A stretch of DNA of 64,000 nt, taken from sequence record NC_028829.1. The stretch is one strand, 5' to 3'. Positions 8,972 through 19,379 of this stretch are shown here, piece by piece (position 1 is the first letter of the stretch; every line of letters starts with the position of its first letter). A model generated the notes under the pieces. The model worked only from the letters and a program-made list of their open reading frames with translations, did no database searches and was not told the origin of the DNA. Made by a program: the position numbers and the translations under genes.

Positions 8972-10027
8972 ATGATTATTTTTGAAAGCGTTCAATCGCA
9001 GCGTGCATTAGAGTACGCATCTAAGTTTATCGTCGATAAGCTTGAAACACAATTAGAAGCTGCTCTGAGTAGCCCACCATTCGACCCGAACAAACTCGCA
9101 CTTAATACCAAGAATCTGAACATCAAAACTGGTGAAACTGAGTTCGATGCGCTTCTTGCGCGTGGTATCGTTGCTTATCTTAAACTTGATAACCAAAACC
9201 CGACGGAAATGGGTGTTTGGCGTGGTGCTTTACATGACCCTGAAGCTAGCGAAGCGGGAAATCTGCAAATCACCGTTGATATCACTGGTGTTACCGCGGT
9301 AAGTCAAATCATGGCTAAGTTCAGAGTCAAGAAAGAGCAAATGTACAGCACTGCATTGCATGAACTGCAACATGCTTATGATAACTGGCGTTCTGGTGAT
9401 ATAGAAGACTTCGAGACACGCGACGAAGAGGGTGTGTATCAACACTCAGGGCGCAATAGAGCTTACATCGACAAAGAGTTCATCCGTCACGCTAAAAGCG
9501 GACACAAAGCGACTCACGACGAATATCAGAACTATTCGCATGAGATAAACGCTCGTTATGCTCAAGCTATCGCCGATACTAAAGCAGATTTTAAAAATTC
9601 ACCAGCTACTGCTCAGGCATGGATTAATCGATTTAAACACAACTTTGATGGGTGGGAAAATATACCAAGTGATGCTAAGAAACGATTGATCTCACGTGCG
9701 GGTGCTGAACACAGCGAGTCGAGACAGCCGTTCAAAGGTAAAGAAAGTAGTTTGAAGTATTCGTTGAAAGGATTTGATGTAAGATACACCAGAGATCAGA
9801 AATTTAGTAAGATTGGTTATTGGTTTAGTCAGTTTAAATACGACGGTCGCAACTCTAGTGATTTACTAGATAAACTTGAGCTACTAGCACATAAAACTGA
9901 AGGTGTCGTTGCACTACCACTCGATGACATACGAGCAAACCCAGCATTATTCGCTGAAATGCGCAATCGCATGAATCTAGGTACGTGGGAGAGAATGGGG
10001 TCGAATCACATGATTTACCGACCATAA
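8972..10027 (+). CDS. Zincin-like metallopeptidase-domain protein, possibly virion-internal
   Basis: ALHELQHAYD plus a downstream Y...HEINAR motif; opposite orientation to its neighbours; MIIFE start shared with 39511. Confidence 0.65.
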   Translation: MIIFESVQSQRALEYASKFIVDKLETQLEAALSSPPFDPNKLALNTKNLNIKTGETEFDALLARGIVAYLKLDNQNPTEMGVWRGALHDPEASEAGNLQITVDITGVTAVSQIMAKFRVKKEQMYSTALHELQHAYDNWRSGDIEDFETRDEEGVYQHSGRNRAYIDKEFIRHAKSGHKATHDEYQNYSHEINARYAQAIADTKADFKNSPATAQAWINRFKHNFDGWENIPSDAKKRLISRAGAEHSESRQPFKGKESSLKYSLKGFDVRYTRDQKFSKIGYWFSQFKYDGRNSSDLLDKLELLAHKTEGVVALPLDDIRANPALFAEMRNRMNLGTWERMGSNHMIYRP

Positions 10028-10049
10028 AAAGGGGCTTTCGCCCCTTTTT
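10027..10049. terminator. Bidirectional terminator between convergent genes
   Basis: AAAAGGGGC-TTTC-GCCCCTTTTT. Confidence 0.9.
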
Positions 10050-12001
10050 CATTCTCCATCGCAAATCGTATATGCTTCATCTTCGACGATAGTGTGATAT
10101 GTCCATCGGATTTCTCGTTCAGCGTATAGCAAGTTATCCACAAGAAATCCACAGCCATGTGATGAACGCATCCAGCCGTTATATGGCTTGTCAGGTCGAA
10201 CGTCTTCCCAATAAGATTCTAGCTTGAATACTAACGAATCATCGCGAAGATCTTCATAACCGAATTTCCAATCGTGTTCTCGAAGCGTATCAAGACCTTC
10301 AACTTCCCAATCACGATGATCCCCGAAACTATAACCCTCGCGCTTCACACCACATGATTCAACACACTTACAGAGCGGGATATCACCAGTCTCTTTGTTG
10401 ATGATCGCGACAACTATTGCACGGTCAAAGCACGATACTACGTTTTTGATGATTAGTACGTCGTGTTCTTCTCGGTATTTCACATATGCAGGCTCGATTG
10501 ACACATATACGTCAGCATCACCATACCAGATTTCTTTATTGTAGCCAATTTTCGATTTCATATACTCGTAAATTGAAAGAATATTCGGTTTTATTGCCTC
10601 ATTTATAATTCGCGTGTAAACCTTGTTGTTGACTTGATTCAATTCACGTAGGGTCTGTTCAACGTTCATGTTTTCTCTCTATCAGCTATTATAAAAGAAT
10701 AGCCCATCTAATGTTTTCACTGACTCTTCATTGAAGAACCATGCGATTGCGTCTTCACGACGCTTAAAGCGTTTCATATATGATGAATTGTCTGTACCGT
10801 AAAGAACAATTAACCACTCATAACCTTTATTGATTCGCTTCTGCTCTCGTTCTTCTTCATCTGAACGAGTCGCTTGTTGTTCAGAGTCAAATAAATGGAC
10901 AGCGCACCAGCGATGGTCACTCTCAGGTACGTACATTCCCCAAGAATCGCTAGGCGCTGTAATCGGCATGAATCCCAAGAATATCGTACCTTGCACGAAT
11001 TGAGAACTCATGTAATTAACCATGTTCATAAAACGATTGGTCGAATATTTGTGTAACATAACATGATTACTCTATTATAAGAAAAACACAGCAAAGATAA
11101 ACATCATTTGCGAAGTTTTTTAATGATTTTGTCGATTTCGCCGACGTTTTCTTTCCACGACAGAACTCCACGAGCGTAGAATTTTTCTGTGTCTGAGGAA
11201 TCTTCAGTGAGTTCATATGGGGTCGCATTGACAATGCAATCTCTAAAGTACTCAAGTTGCTCGATTGTGTCATCGTACTTCGAGTTCTCGAAATCATACA
11301 TTGGGATATAGCGACGCTCACCACCCCATGCATACACCTCAAGTCGTGTTAAATCGGGTTGAATTTTGTATGCTTCGTCAATGTTGCACAGACGTTCGAT
11401 TGTTCGCTCGTCTTCTGCCATATGAGATTCTAAACGCTTCTTCAACTTTTCTGTTGCTTCGGGGTACTCATCACCGATTTCTTTAATCACACGAGCACAC
11501 CACCCAAGTCTATAATCTGAAGAGTCTTTCACATGTTGAATAATCTCTTCACGCGATAAACGTGTAGGCTCTTTGACTTGCCGAGTCTCGAAATCCATGA
11601 TATAACCATCTTTGAGAGTAATCCCATTACCGTTCGTAGCGAAAAGATGATCTAGTACTGAAAATCGAGTAGGGAAAATCGTGTGATATTCTTGCATCAC
11701 GTGTTTAATGTAGTCAGCTAATAACATCTTACTTCTCTCTAAGTTCAAATTCAATTTCACCAATTTCGTCACCGAACTCGTGTTGTAGTTTCTCGATGAC
11801 GAATTCTTGATACTTTTCTAATTCAAGAGTTGCATCGTCAAACTTCTCAAAAAAGATGCTCACACCTTGTTTAAAAGGCATAAACATACCATGTACGTCG
11901 TCACGGTCAATCGATGCTTCGATTCGATCTAATGTATCATCAACGTCATAATGCTCGTCGTGAATGTTGATGAATATTTCTGTTAAGTCATTAATGTTCA
12001 T
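10049..12001 (-). other. Four hypothetical early ORFs (11729..12001, 11104..11772, 10682..11059, 10049..10669)
   Basis: ORFs with AG-rich RBS; promoters at 12031..12060 and about 11074..11102. Confidence 0.65.
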
Positions 12002-12030
12002 ATTATTCTCTTTTCGTTTTCGATACACAC

Positions 12031-12070
12031 ATGATACAAAAAAGGGCTGACATCTGTCAACCCTTTTTTT
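12031..12070 (-). promoter_or_regulatory. Early promoter fused with a terminator hairpin (PeSL-like)
   Basis: TTGACA-18 bp-TATCAT; the -35 box lies in the stem GGGTTGAC...GTCAGCCC, which is followed by T6. Confidence 0.8.
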
Positions 12071-12075
12071 AAATA

Positions 12076-13527
12076 TTATTCTTCGTCTTCGTCGTCTTTG
12101 TACTCAGATACATCAACGCCGTTTTCTTCAGCAAGCTCAATAAGTGCTTCATCAAATGACGGACCGAAGTTACCATTTATAGCGTATTCAAACACTTCTT
12201 CTTGATATGGATCTGAGTTATTCATCAAGAACTCAGCAGCTTCGCGACCCTCTAACCCCAGTACGTTAAATACCGCACCAATTGCAGATTCGCGAACATC
12301 TTCGTCATGGTCTGCTAGAAGTTCATCAACTCGATAACCTTGCTCGGCTACGTATTGGCGTTCTTCGTAATCATCTGTATCATCGACCATTCTATCCCAG
12401 ATATCTTCTGCCATATCACGACCGAATTCACTTTCGTAGCGTTTCGCATATGTGATACGTGTATCTGCGTCGTCGTTCTCGAAAGACCATTCCCATGCCG
12501 CTTCGCGCACGTCCTCGTCCGAGTCAAGAACAAGATCCCAGATAGCAAAACCATTTTCAGCAGCTTGCTTACGATGTTCCCCTTCATCAGATGTTGCAAG
12601 TTTCTCACCCATTTCGTAATCAGAGGCAATAACTGCATTACGAACGTCTTCGTCATCATGGAAAATCAGCTCTTCGTGCATCAGACCCCAACTAGCAATA
12701 CGAACTAGAGTTTGCCAATCTGCGTGTTCAATGATTTCATCTTCACGACCTTCATTGATCCATGCTTCGATTTGGTATTGATCTGCTTCATCGACGTAAT
12801 CTTCAAGAGACGGACCGCCACCGAATGCAGTGTCGTAGCTGCTAGGACGTTCGTGTTCATTGGTAAGAGTAAACGAAACTGAACCGCTCATACTCATCAA
12901 CGCTTGGTTAACGTCGTTGTCGCTCATTGAAAGAATGCTGCGCGTCACGTTCTTACGAACAGAACGGAAATCGTTTGCACCACCTGCTAGACGTGCAAGC
13001 CAGCGGTCGCTAATCTCAGTCGAATAGCCATATTCTTTACCGAAAGTCAGTGACAGTGCGTAGTACAGCATTGGACGGGAAATCAAGTCTTTCAATAGCT
13101 TTTTCTTACTTTCTTCGTCTAAGCGAGTTGCTTCGCGTCGATTGTTATTCAGTGCGTAGTACTCATGATTTGCTGGTAGCTCGTACGCTGCGCTGAAGTC
13201 ATATTCATACGGCTTCATGCCCATTTCTTCTTCATACGTCTCGGTGAACTCACGTAGAGTCGTCAATACACCAGAGAATACCGCAGCCGCAGAGTGTCCC
13301 GCTTTACCAGTCTGAGCATAACCACCAGAGTTCTGGAATGTGATTGAGAAATAACCAGGGTTGCTTTCGTCTACGCTAACCGAGAATCCTTCCCCCGCTG
13401 CGTTGAATCGCGCTGAAGTCTCGCCCGTCCCGTTCTCATGACCCCAATCCCAATCAATGTCGATATTCGCACGATCAGAAATCTCATCAAGGCGAACTTC
13501 TTGATAAAATTCGTTAAATTGTTTCAT
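12076..13527 (-). CDS. Putative capsid-internal protein: shared domain plus acidic HEAT/LRV-like repeats
   Basis: MKQFNEFYQEVRLDE leader; repeats LIFHDDEDVRNAV, LVLDSDEDVREAA, LLADHDEDVRESA; TCTAAATA box at 13556..13563. Confidence 0.65.
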   Translation of the reverse strand: MKQFNEFYQEVRLDEISDRANIDIDWDWGHENGTGETSARFNAAGEGFSVSVDESNPGYFSITFQNSGGYAQTGKAGHSAAAVFSGVLTTLREFTETYEEEMGMKPYEYDFSAAYELPANHEYYALNNNRREATRLDEESKKKLLKDLISRPMLYYALSLTFGKEYGYSTEISDRWLARLAGGANDFRSVRKNVTRSILSMSDNDVNQALMSMSGSVSFTLTNEHERPSSYDTAFGGGPSLEDYVDEADQYQIEAWINEGREDEIIEHADWQTLVRIASWGLMHEELIFHDDEDVRNAVIASDYEMGEKLATSDEGEHRKQAAENGFAIWDLVLDSDEDVREAAWEWSFENDDADTRITYAKRYESEFGRDMAEDIWDRMVDDTDDYEERQYVAEQGYRVDELLADHDEDVRESAIGAVFNVLGLEGREAAEFLMNNSDPYQEEVFEYAINGNFGPSFDEALIELAEENGVDVSEYKDDEDEE

Positions 13528-13575
13528 TTAATTAACCTTTTAATGTTGTTTCTTCTATTTAGACAAAACAAAAAA

Positions 13576-13601
13576 ATCCCGTCGGTTAAGACGGGATTTA
13601 A
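13576..13601 (-). terminator. Intrinsic terminator
   Basis: AATCCCGTC...GACGGGATT stem with a T run on the minus strand. Confidence 0.8.
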
Positions 13602-14036
13602 CTAGATTTGATTGTCAATTTCGAATTCTAATTCATCATCATCGAAGAACTCTCGCGCTTTTCGCTTGTACCATTCAATAAACTCGTATGTGTGTTGAAT
13701 GAATGCATCATCAAGCTCGATTGTTAGATTCGCAATGTCTTCTTCAGACATACGCGCTTCGAAGTGGTGACGTTCTTCAGCTACGTTCAATACTAGTAAG
13801 TCGCCGTAGAAGTGACCAACATACGGGTGCTCACGTTCTTGTGTTTCAGCTTCAACGATGAAATCAATAAAGTTATCAACGTCGTCGCCAGAAATATTAT
13901 CACTTACAATTTCAATGACCTGAACACCGAAGTTATGACCAGCGATTTCAGTTGACTTGATGATATTTGGGTTGAGTAGTACTACATCTAAATCAAGCAT
14001 CTGATACCACCTTAATATTTTCAAATCGACGGTCAA
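13602..14036 (-). CDS. Hypothetical acidic protein
   Basis: ORF; start codon uncertain. Confidence 0.55.
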   Translation of the reverse strand: MTVDLKILRWYQMLDLDVVLLNPNIIKSTEIAGHNFGVQVIEIVSDNISGDDVDNFIDFIVEAETQEREHPYVGHFYGDLLVLNVAEERHHFEARMSEEDIANLTIELDDAFIQHTYEFIEWYKRKAREFFDDDELEFEIDNQI

Positions 14037-14184
14037 ACGCAGCTAGACATGCATCAGCATAGTTTGTTGCAGTTGATGTTTCTTTACAGTCATTTGCGTT
14101 CGCAGTATGACACCATGCTTTCAACCACACGTCGCGTCGTTGCATTTCATGTTCAACTTCGTGTGCGTAAAGTAATTTAGCCAT
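13993..14184 (-). CDS. Hypothetical protein (start MAKLLYAHEV)
   Basis: GGA RBS before the ATG at 14184. Confidence 0.6.
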   Translation of the reverse strand: MAKLLYAHEVEHEMQRRDVWLKAWCHTANANDCKETSTATNYADACLAAFDRRFENIKVVSDA

Positions 14185-14407
14185 TTGTTTTTCCTTTTCC
14201 AGAATTTGTGTATAAACCGAATATCGCTGCACCTGCACCGACAATAGTCGATACAAATGCAGATTGTGTTGCTGAAGGGTCAGGCAGTGCCATGAACCAT
14301 ATTGCTGTAGTATAAAGCAAGTAGCAATACATTGCAACTAAAATTCGAGGGACAATGCGCCACGAGTCGAAAGCTTCAGCAAGTTTTTTATTTGTTTCAA
14401 AACTCAT
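14177..14407 (-). CDS. Two-TM membrane protein (WRIVPR family, holin-like)
   Basis: Two hydrophobic segments, basic C-terminus. Confidence 0.55.
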   Translation of the reverse strand: MSFETNKKLAEAFDSWRIVPRILVAMYCYLLYTTAIWFMALPDPSATQSAFVSTIVGAGAAIFGLYTNSGKGKTNG

Positions 14408-14574
14408 TTAGGTAATCTCTTTCTAGCTCGTTGCCTTATGATCTTATGACGTAGTTTAACACGTTTAGCCTCACTCTTGTCAATCATTTTCGTAATAAAA
14501 TATACAAATAATGCAATCAATGACAGAATAAGCAATAAAATCAATGCATTAAACGCAAGTTCGGAAGGGAACAT
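14404..14574 (-). CDS. 56-aa single-TM protein missed by the ORF track
   Basis: MFPSELAFNALILLLILSLIALFVYFITKM...basic tail; its stop overlaps the next ATG (ATGA coupling). Confidence 0.6.
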   Translation of the reverse strand: MFPSELAFNALILLLILSLIALFVYFITKMIDKSEAKRVKLRHKIIRQRARKRLPK

Positions 14575-14577
14575 ACA

Positions 14578-15090
14578 TCACCAGTCGATTAATTTATCTT
14601 CTTCAAAATGAACAATAACGATTTCTTTACTACCGCTTGCACGGTCGATGATATCACGAATAATTTCCCAATCACCACCCGCTAGACCCGCACCAATAAG
14701 AGGTAAGTAGATTTTATCGTCATTGCCTTCAAGATAGCGAACGATACCACGCACAGATTCAGCAATTGCAGAGTATTCAGCGTGTCTCTCTTTCGTACCC
14801 ATGCTGAACTGTGTGTACATGTTAAACACAACAGCTTGAGGGACAGTTCCGTGGTCATCAAACAACGCAACCGAGTATTCACCTAGCTTCAGTGGGTCAC
14901 CGCTACGACCGAAGTCGATATCAGCTTGGTAAACTTCAGGAAAACGTCGTAATTGACCTGCAATACCTGCACCTTGTCTGATAAAACAGTTACAACCTTG
15001 TCCCATGATAAAAGTGCGTTGATGATTAGGGTTTTCAATCGCGTGAGCGAGAGTGGCGACTAAATCGCCACGAATCTCAGATACAATCAT
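14578..15090 (-). CDS. Macrodomain ADP-ribose hydrolase (T4 Tk.4-like)
   Basis: GDL...QGCNCF...GAGIA and PLIGAGLAGGDW macrodomain motifs. Confidence 0.85.
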   Translation of the reverse strand: MIVSEIRGDLVATLAHAIENPNHQRTFIMGQGCNCFIRQGAGIAGQLRRFPEVYQADIDFGRSGDPLKLGEYSVALFDDHGTVPQAVVFNMYTQFSMGTKERHAEYSAIAESVRGIVRYLEGNDDKIYLPLIGAGLAGGDWEIIRDIIDRASGSKEIVIVHFEEDKLIDW

Positions 15091-15641
15091 TAGTCAAAGC
15101 TCCCACCACCAGAACTGATATCGCTGCTTGAATAGCTTGAACCACTATCACTCGAACTTGAGTAGCTTGAGCTGCTATCAGAACTACCACCGAATGAGTA
15201 ACTACCCGGGCTAGACACGCGCTCTGGTTCGCTGTAACTCGGCTCAGGTGCAGAGTAGCTTGGTTCAGGGCGTGAGCGTGTTGGCTCGTCTTCAGAATAC
15301 AGACCTACAGGGTCAGTAATCGGGTTTAGAGGATGCAGCGGATTTGTCACGATGTCATCATCTTCACGACGCTTACGAGAAGTACGCGACAGTGATTGAG
15401 TTTTTGGTACATTATGACGCACTGAATGAGTCACGCGAGATTTTGCATTGCTTGATGTACCATTCAACGAACGAAGTTCTTTTGCATCGCGGTCACGCAG
15501 ACGGTCGAGAATGTCAGGGTTTGCTTGTTCACGCATCGACTTCGCGTTTTCTGCTTTTTGCTTGTCTGCCGCACGTTTGTACATGTAAATTACAAACAAT
15601 ACAAACAAGATTGCCGCTACTGTTACTGATAATTCAATCAT
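15090..15641 (-). CDS. N-anchored membrane protein with a Ser/Gly-rich tail
   Basis: N-terminal TM MIELSVTVAAILFVLFVIYMY; PEPSYS repeats; SSDSSSSYSSSSDSGSS tail. Confidence 0.65.
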   Translation of the reverse strand: MIELSVTVAAILFVLFVIYMYKRAADKQKAENAKSMREQANPDILDRLRDRDAKELRSLNGTSSNAKSRVTHSVRHNVPKTQSLSRTSRKRREDDDIVTNPLHPLNPITDPVGLYSEDEPTRSRPEPSYSAPEPSYSEPERVSSPGSYSFGGSSDSSSSYSSSSDSGSSYSSSDISSGGGSFD

Positions 15642-15651
15642 ATTTTTACCT

Positions 15652-16569
15652 TTAAAAGTTACCTGGTTGTACTTGGAACACTTCAACACCTACTTCACGT
15701 AGAGTATTGACTACTTGGTCACGATCATCGAACATCACAATAGGACGACGGAAACCGCGTTCTGCTAATTCTAGCAGCAATTCTAGTTTGATTACCCAAT
15801 CCGGGCGAGAATCGCCTTTCTTGCGCATTACCAAATCAAAACCACTTGAGTGTGTGAATGGCATGTGCTTAGATAACCAACGGCGCGTATGCTCTTCACA
15901 AATACCATCACGACCGCTCATGAAGATGATTGGGTAGTGGGCGCTTAGAAGATCTAGCATTTCGATTACAGTATCACGCGGCGAATCTTCTTCAACACGT
16001 AGCCATTCAAATGGGCTACGACGACCTTTGATACCTTTATGCATTTCAGCAACCGTACCGTCGATGTCTGACAATACACACAAATCAGTACCTGCTTCCC
16101 ACAGAGGTTCAAGCAGTGATTTGAAATGCGCGATAATCAAATCGCGATTGTGTTTGTGATAGTTCTGGAACATAGTTGTTAGAACTTTACCACCGACTGA
16201 CATTTCACGAGCCTTATCGCGTGCAAATGCTTCATCGAAAGAGATATGAAATAACTTCTCTTCGTATTCAGCACCTAGCTCTTGTGCGATGTTTCGCCAC
16301 ACTTCGCGACGTTCAGGCACAAGGTTTGTATCAGAGATAACAACACTCTTACCTTGACGAAGTGCAAGCATAGCTTTGTCTTTGTTGACTTTAGTTACAA
16401 GTTCTTCGTTTTGCTTCGTGAATTTGTATTCGCCCCACTTGAAGGGACCGAACAGTTCTTGACGAGTATCGTCGCGATTGACATTTACTGCTTTTCCGTT
16501 TGCACAGAATTTCTCAGCCCACGTAGTTTTGCCGGACGCAGGCACACCGACTGTTACAATCAGTTTCAT
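15652..16569 (-). CDS. pseT: Polynucleotide 5'-kinase / 3'-phosphatase
   Basis: GVPASGKTT P-loop, NRDD, HAD motif DIDGT, FDDR. Confidence 0.95.
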   Translation of the reverse strand: MKLIVTVGVPASGKTTWAEKFCANGKAVNVNRDDTRQELFGPFKWGEYKFTKQNEELVTKVNKDKAMLALRQGKSVVISDTNLVPERREVWRNIAQELGAEYEEKLFHISFDEAFARDKAREMSVGGKVLTTMFQNYHKHNRDLIIAHFKSLLEPLWEAGTDLCVLSDIDGTVAEMHKGIKGRRSPFEWLRVEEDSPRDTVIEMLDLLSAHYPIIFMSGRDGICEEHTRRWLSKHMPFTHSSGFDLVMRKKGDSRPDWVIKLELLLELAERGFRRPIVMFDDRDQVVNTLREVGVEVFQVQPGNF

Positions 16570-16577
16570 ATTTGTCC

Positions 16578-17109
16578 TTATTTCTTGTATCGAGTCACGA
16601 TAGACTCGGCAATTTCGAGAAGTTGTGTTGTACGAGTTCCAGATAGAGCACTGAATGAATCGAGTTCATTGCGTGCTGCTTTAACAAACACGTTACTCGG
16701 AACAGAAGATTCAAGCTCTTCGATTAAACTTTCAAGCTGAAATACACTACATACACCATATTGGTGAAACTGAGTATTCGCTTCGTTGTATGCATTTTCT
16801 AGATGCTTCATATTACAGCCCTTTTGTGTTTAAGTAAACGTCATTTACGTATTCAATTGCTTCTTTCTTCGTTTTGAAGCCTTCTGCAACTACTAACATT
16901 GTAGAGTCGTCTTTCGACGTAGCACGGAGAACCCAATTCTTGCCAAAGCGACCGCGACGAATACGCAGCTTTTTATGAGTTTCACCAGTTACGTTGTTAT
17001 AAAAGTTACGCTCATTTAAGTCGTCGCTTTTAAGCGAGTCAATAGAATCATAAACCCATATGGAATATTGATTGTCAGAGATAATTTTTCTGCCTTTGAA
17101 TTGAATCAT
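16578..17109 (-). other. Two hypothetical early ORFs (16813..17109, 16578..16811)
   Basis: Downstream of the promoter cassette at 17126..17186. Confidence 0.6.
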
Positions 17110-17125
17110 AATTTACTCTCTTTGT

Positions 17126-17190
17126 TAGTCGATGTCGTTTCGATGTAGCTATAATACGCAAAAAGGGTTGCCGAAGCAACCCTTTTCTTT
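17126..17190 (-). promoter_or_regulatory. Early promoter fused with a terminator hairpin (PeSL-like), plus leader
   Basis: TTGCTT-17 bp-TATTAT; stem GGGTTGC-TTCG-GCAACCC-T5; 40 bp identical to 32205..32244. Confidence 0.85.
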
Positions 17191-17518
17191 AATTATTTTC
17201 ATCTTTTTTCTGAATATTTGCATCTTGCTCTTTGTACAGTCGAATAACCTCAAGTAAATCAAAGTTATATGTCTTGTACGAATGCATCCACTTCGCGAAA
17301 TCTAACCATTCGTCGTATTCAAAACCCACATAAGCTGTATTAGCTTTGATTGTATCAGTCGTAATGACCAATATTTTGACACCGGGATTTGGCGGTGGTG
17401 TTGGAATATTGGGGTGGACGATTTCATTCTTTTGCGGCTCAGGTACTGGCTCTTTTGGTGTACCGATACAACCGACCAGCATGAAGCATAGAGCAATTGC
17501 TATGATTTTATTGACCAT
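17189..17518 (-). CDS. Outer-membrane lipoprotein spanin (Rz1-like, PseT.2)
   Basis: Lipobox LVGC after a hydrophobic signal; Pro-rich; overlaps the upstream i-spanin. Confidence 0.8.
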   Translation of the reverse strand: MVNKIIAIALCFMLVGCIGTPKEPVPEPQKNEIVHPNIPTPPPNPGVKILVITTDTIKANTAYVGFEYDEWLDFAKWMHSYKTYNFDLLEVIRLYKEQDANIQKKDENN

Positions 17519-17891
17519 TTCGCACCTCGTCGAAGAACTTGTCAAGAGCTTTTTGCTCTTTTATTTGAACTAGACCAGGTTTTTGAAATACGATATCTTG
17601 ACGTGATTTGTATGTGTCAATAGTCGCGGTTAACTTGTCCAATTCTGTTTGAAGAGTTTTGCGATATTGTTCCTGTTCACGGTAAACACTTCGCCATTGA
17701 TCTATTGTTAAGTTTTTGTTCTTGATAGTTGTTTGCAAACGCTCATTATCACCCGTTAGTCGCTCAACTTCAGCAGTTTGAGTAACTAAATCTTTCTCAA
17801 GACTTACATTCTCATACTTCAAGTAACCAATAGAACCAATGAAAACAGCAGCAACCGCCAAGAGCACGTAAATTTTATATTGTGAAAACAC
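17508..17891 (-). CDS. Inner-membrane spanin (Rz-like, PseT.3)
   Basis: N-terminal TM followed by a coiled coil; T4 synteny near pseT and rnlA; AATAAATA late-type box at 17925..17932. Confidence 0.8.
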   Translation of the reverse strand: MFSQYKIYVLLAVAAVFIGSIGYLKYENVSLEKDLVTQTAEVERLTGDNERLQTTIKNKNLTIDQWRSVYREQEQYRKTLQTELDKLTATIDTYKSRQDIVFQKPGLVQIKEQKALDKFFDEVRNGQ

Positions 17892-17933
17892 GATAGGTAC
17901 TCCCGTATTAGTTGTATACGAGAGTATTTATTA

Positions 17934-18203
17934 TTAAGAATAGAAGACTGGAGCGAACGTCTGTGTGAAGGGATTTAGATAAAACGTAGATACGACACCA
18001 TTCTTGTCTGATATTTGAACGTCAAGACCTTGAATAGTATCTGTTTTTGATGGGCCCACGTAGACGATTTTACCGCCTCGATTTTTTGGGTCTTCTTCGA
18101 GTTTCTTCTGCAACGCAGGTAAAAACTCTTCTTGTAACTTTTTAATGAATACATTCGGGTCACCGACTTGCATCGGCTCCCCGTCTTGAAATACAAAATG
18201 CAT
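17934..18203 (-). CDS. Hypothetical protein
   Basis: ORF coupled to the rnlA stop. Confidence 0.55.
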   Translation of the reverse strand: MHFVFQDGEPMQVGDPNVFIKKLQEEFLPALQKKLEEDPKNRGGKIVYVGPSKTDTIQGLDVQISDKNGVVSTFYLNPFTQTFAPVFYS

Positions 18204-19349
18204 TTACACCCCGTTTAGATATTTCTCTGGGATTGCTAGTTCTGGTCGCTTCAGATATGCAGTAACTAAAGATTCATAGACACCTTCGACTGTCTGCTTC
18301 TGATACGCGATCATAGCTACCCCGAATTCCCATGGTTTTAATACTTTCTGACCTGCAATTGCATAGTCTTTACGCGCTAGATGACGATTACGAGCATAGA
18401 ACTGACGAACTGCATTGAATGAATTCGTAAGAGTCTTCGTCACGTGAGAATCAAATTCACGAATACGCTCAATCGTCGGTTTGTCATCTGCGAATAGCGC
18501 ATAGAGATCATCGTGATTGCCGTTCAAGATAGTTGTTACCAACTTCTTCGGAACATTCACTGAGTCTTTTTGCGAGTGTAAATCAACATACCATTGAGTT
18601 TTGATTTTCACAGATTGACCGTTTGCAAGACGCAAGATCATGCCTTCAATACCTTTCGTATCTCGCAATTTCTCAACGAAATCTGGTTCATGTGCAGTCG
18701 CTGGGTCGTACTCGTCAACAAGCCACTGTTTAACACGCATCAACGCAGATTGTGGAATGTCGTCGAAACTTACATAATCACCTGTTTCGTTGTCACGAAT
18801 ATTCAAGATAACCAGTTTAGCTTCTGGGTACTCAAGAACGATGCGGTTGTTAGGCGCACACCATTCCATGTTGACAGTCAAACCCGCTTGAGTACAATCG
18901 TCACAGAATTCCCACAAGTCACGATTCTCTGGCTTTTTGATGTAGCGATTAGCCGCAACAGCTTGCTCCGAAAAGATGCTTGTTTTTGACTTCAGCGCGA
19001 AGTTCTCACCTGACAAATACGTGCTAATCAATGAACCATCAGCTTTGTCCATTAGTTGTACAGTGGTCGTCAAGTCAAGTTCCATCGTAAAGGGATTCTC
19101 GTTTAGATTGAAGAATTTCTCCATCGGGCGAGATACGATACGAATCATGTCATCATTATCATCTAATTGAAACATGATACCACGCGCTTCAAGAGCACCC
19201 GGCAAAAGCCAATCAGAATATGAAGCAATATGATAGCTAAACACGCGAAACTTTTCACCAAGCGGTGAAAGATGATCAGCAAAGAAGAACTTGCCTTCAG
19301 CGTCATCAGCTAGAGACATCAAATTTTTGTATAATTCTTGTACGTTCAT
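18204..19349 (-). CDS. rnlA: RNA ligase 1
   Basis: KADGSL adenylation motif, KFFNLNE, EGMIL, KIKTQWY. Confidence 0.95.
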   Translation of the reverse strand: MNVQELYKNLMSLADDAEGKFFFADHLSPLGEKFRVFSYHIASYSDWLLPGALEARGIMFQLDDNDDMIRIVSRPMEKFFNLNENPFTMELDLTTTVQLMDKADGSLISTYLSGENFALKSKTSIFSEQAVAANRYIKKPENRDLWEFCDDCTQAGLTVNMEWCAPNNRIVLEYPEAKLVILNIRDNETGDYVSFDDIPQSALMRVKQWLVDEYDPATAHEPDFVEKLRDTKGIEGMILRLANGQSVKIKTQWYVDLHSQKDSVNVPKKLVTTILNGNHDDLYALFADDKPTIERIREFDSHVTKTLTNSFNAVRQFYARNRHLARKDYAIAGQKVLKPWEFGVAMIAYQKQTVEGVYESLVTAYLKRPELAIPEKYLNGV

Positions 19350-19379
19350 GTTATTTTCCTCTCAAAATAGTCTTTTAAC

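Noticed and set aside
14453-14483. TTGACA...TAAACT promoter
   Set aside because: The 19-bp spacer is too long and the site lies inside a coding region
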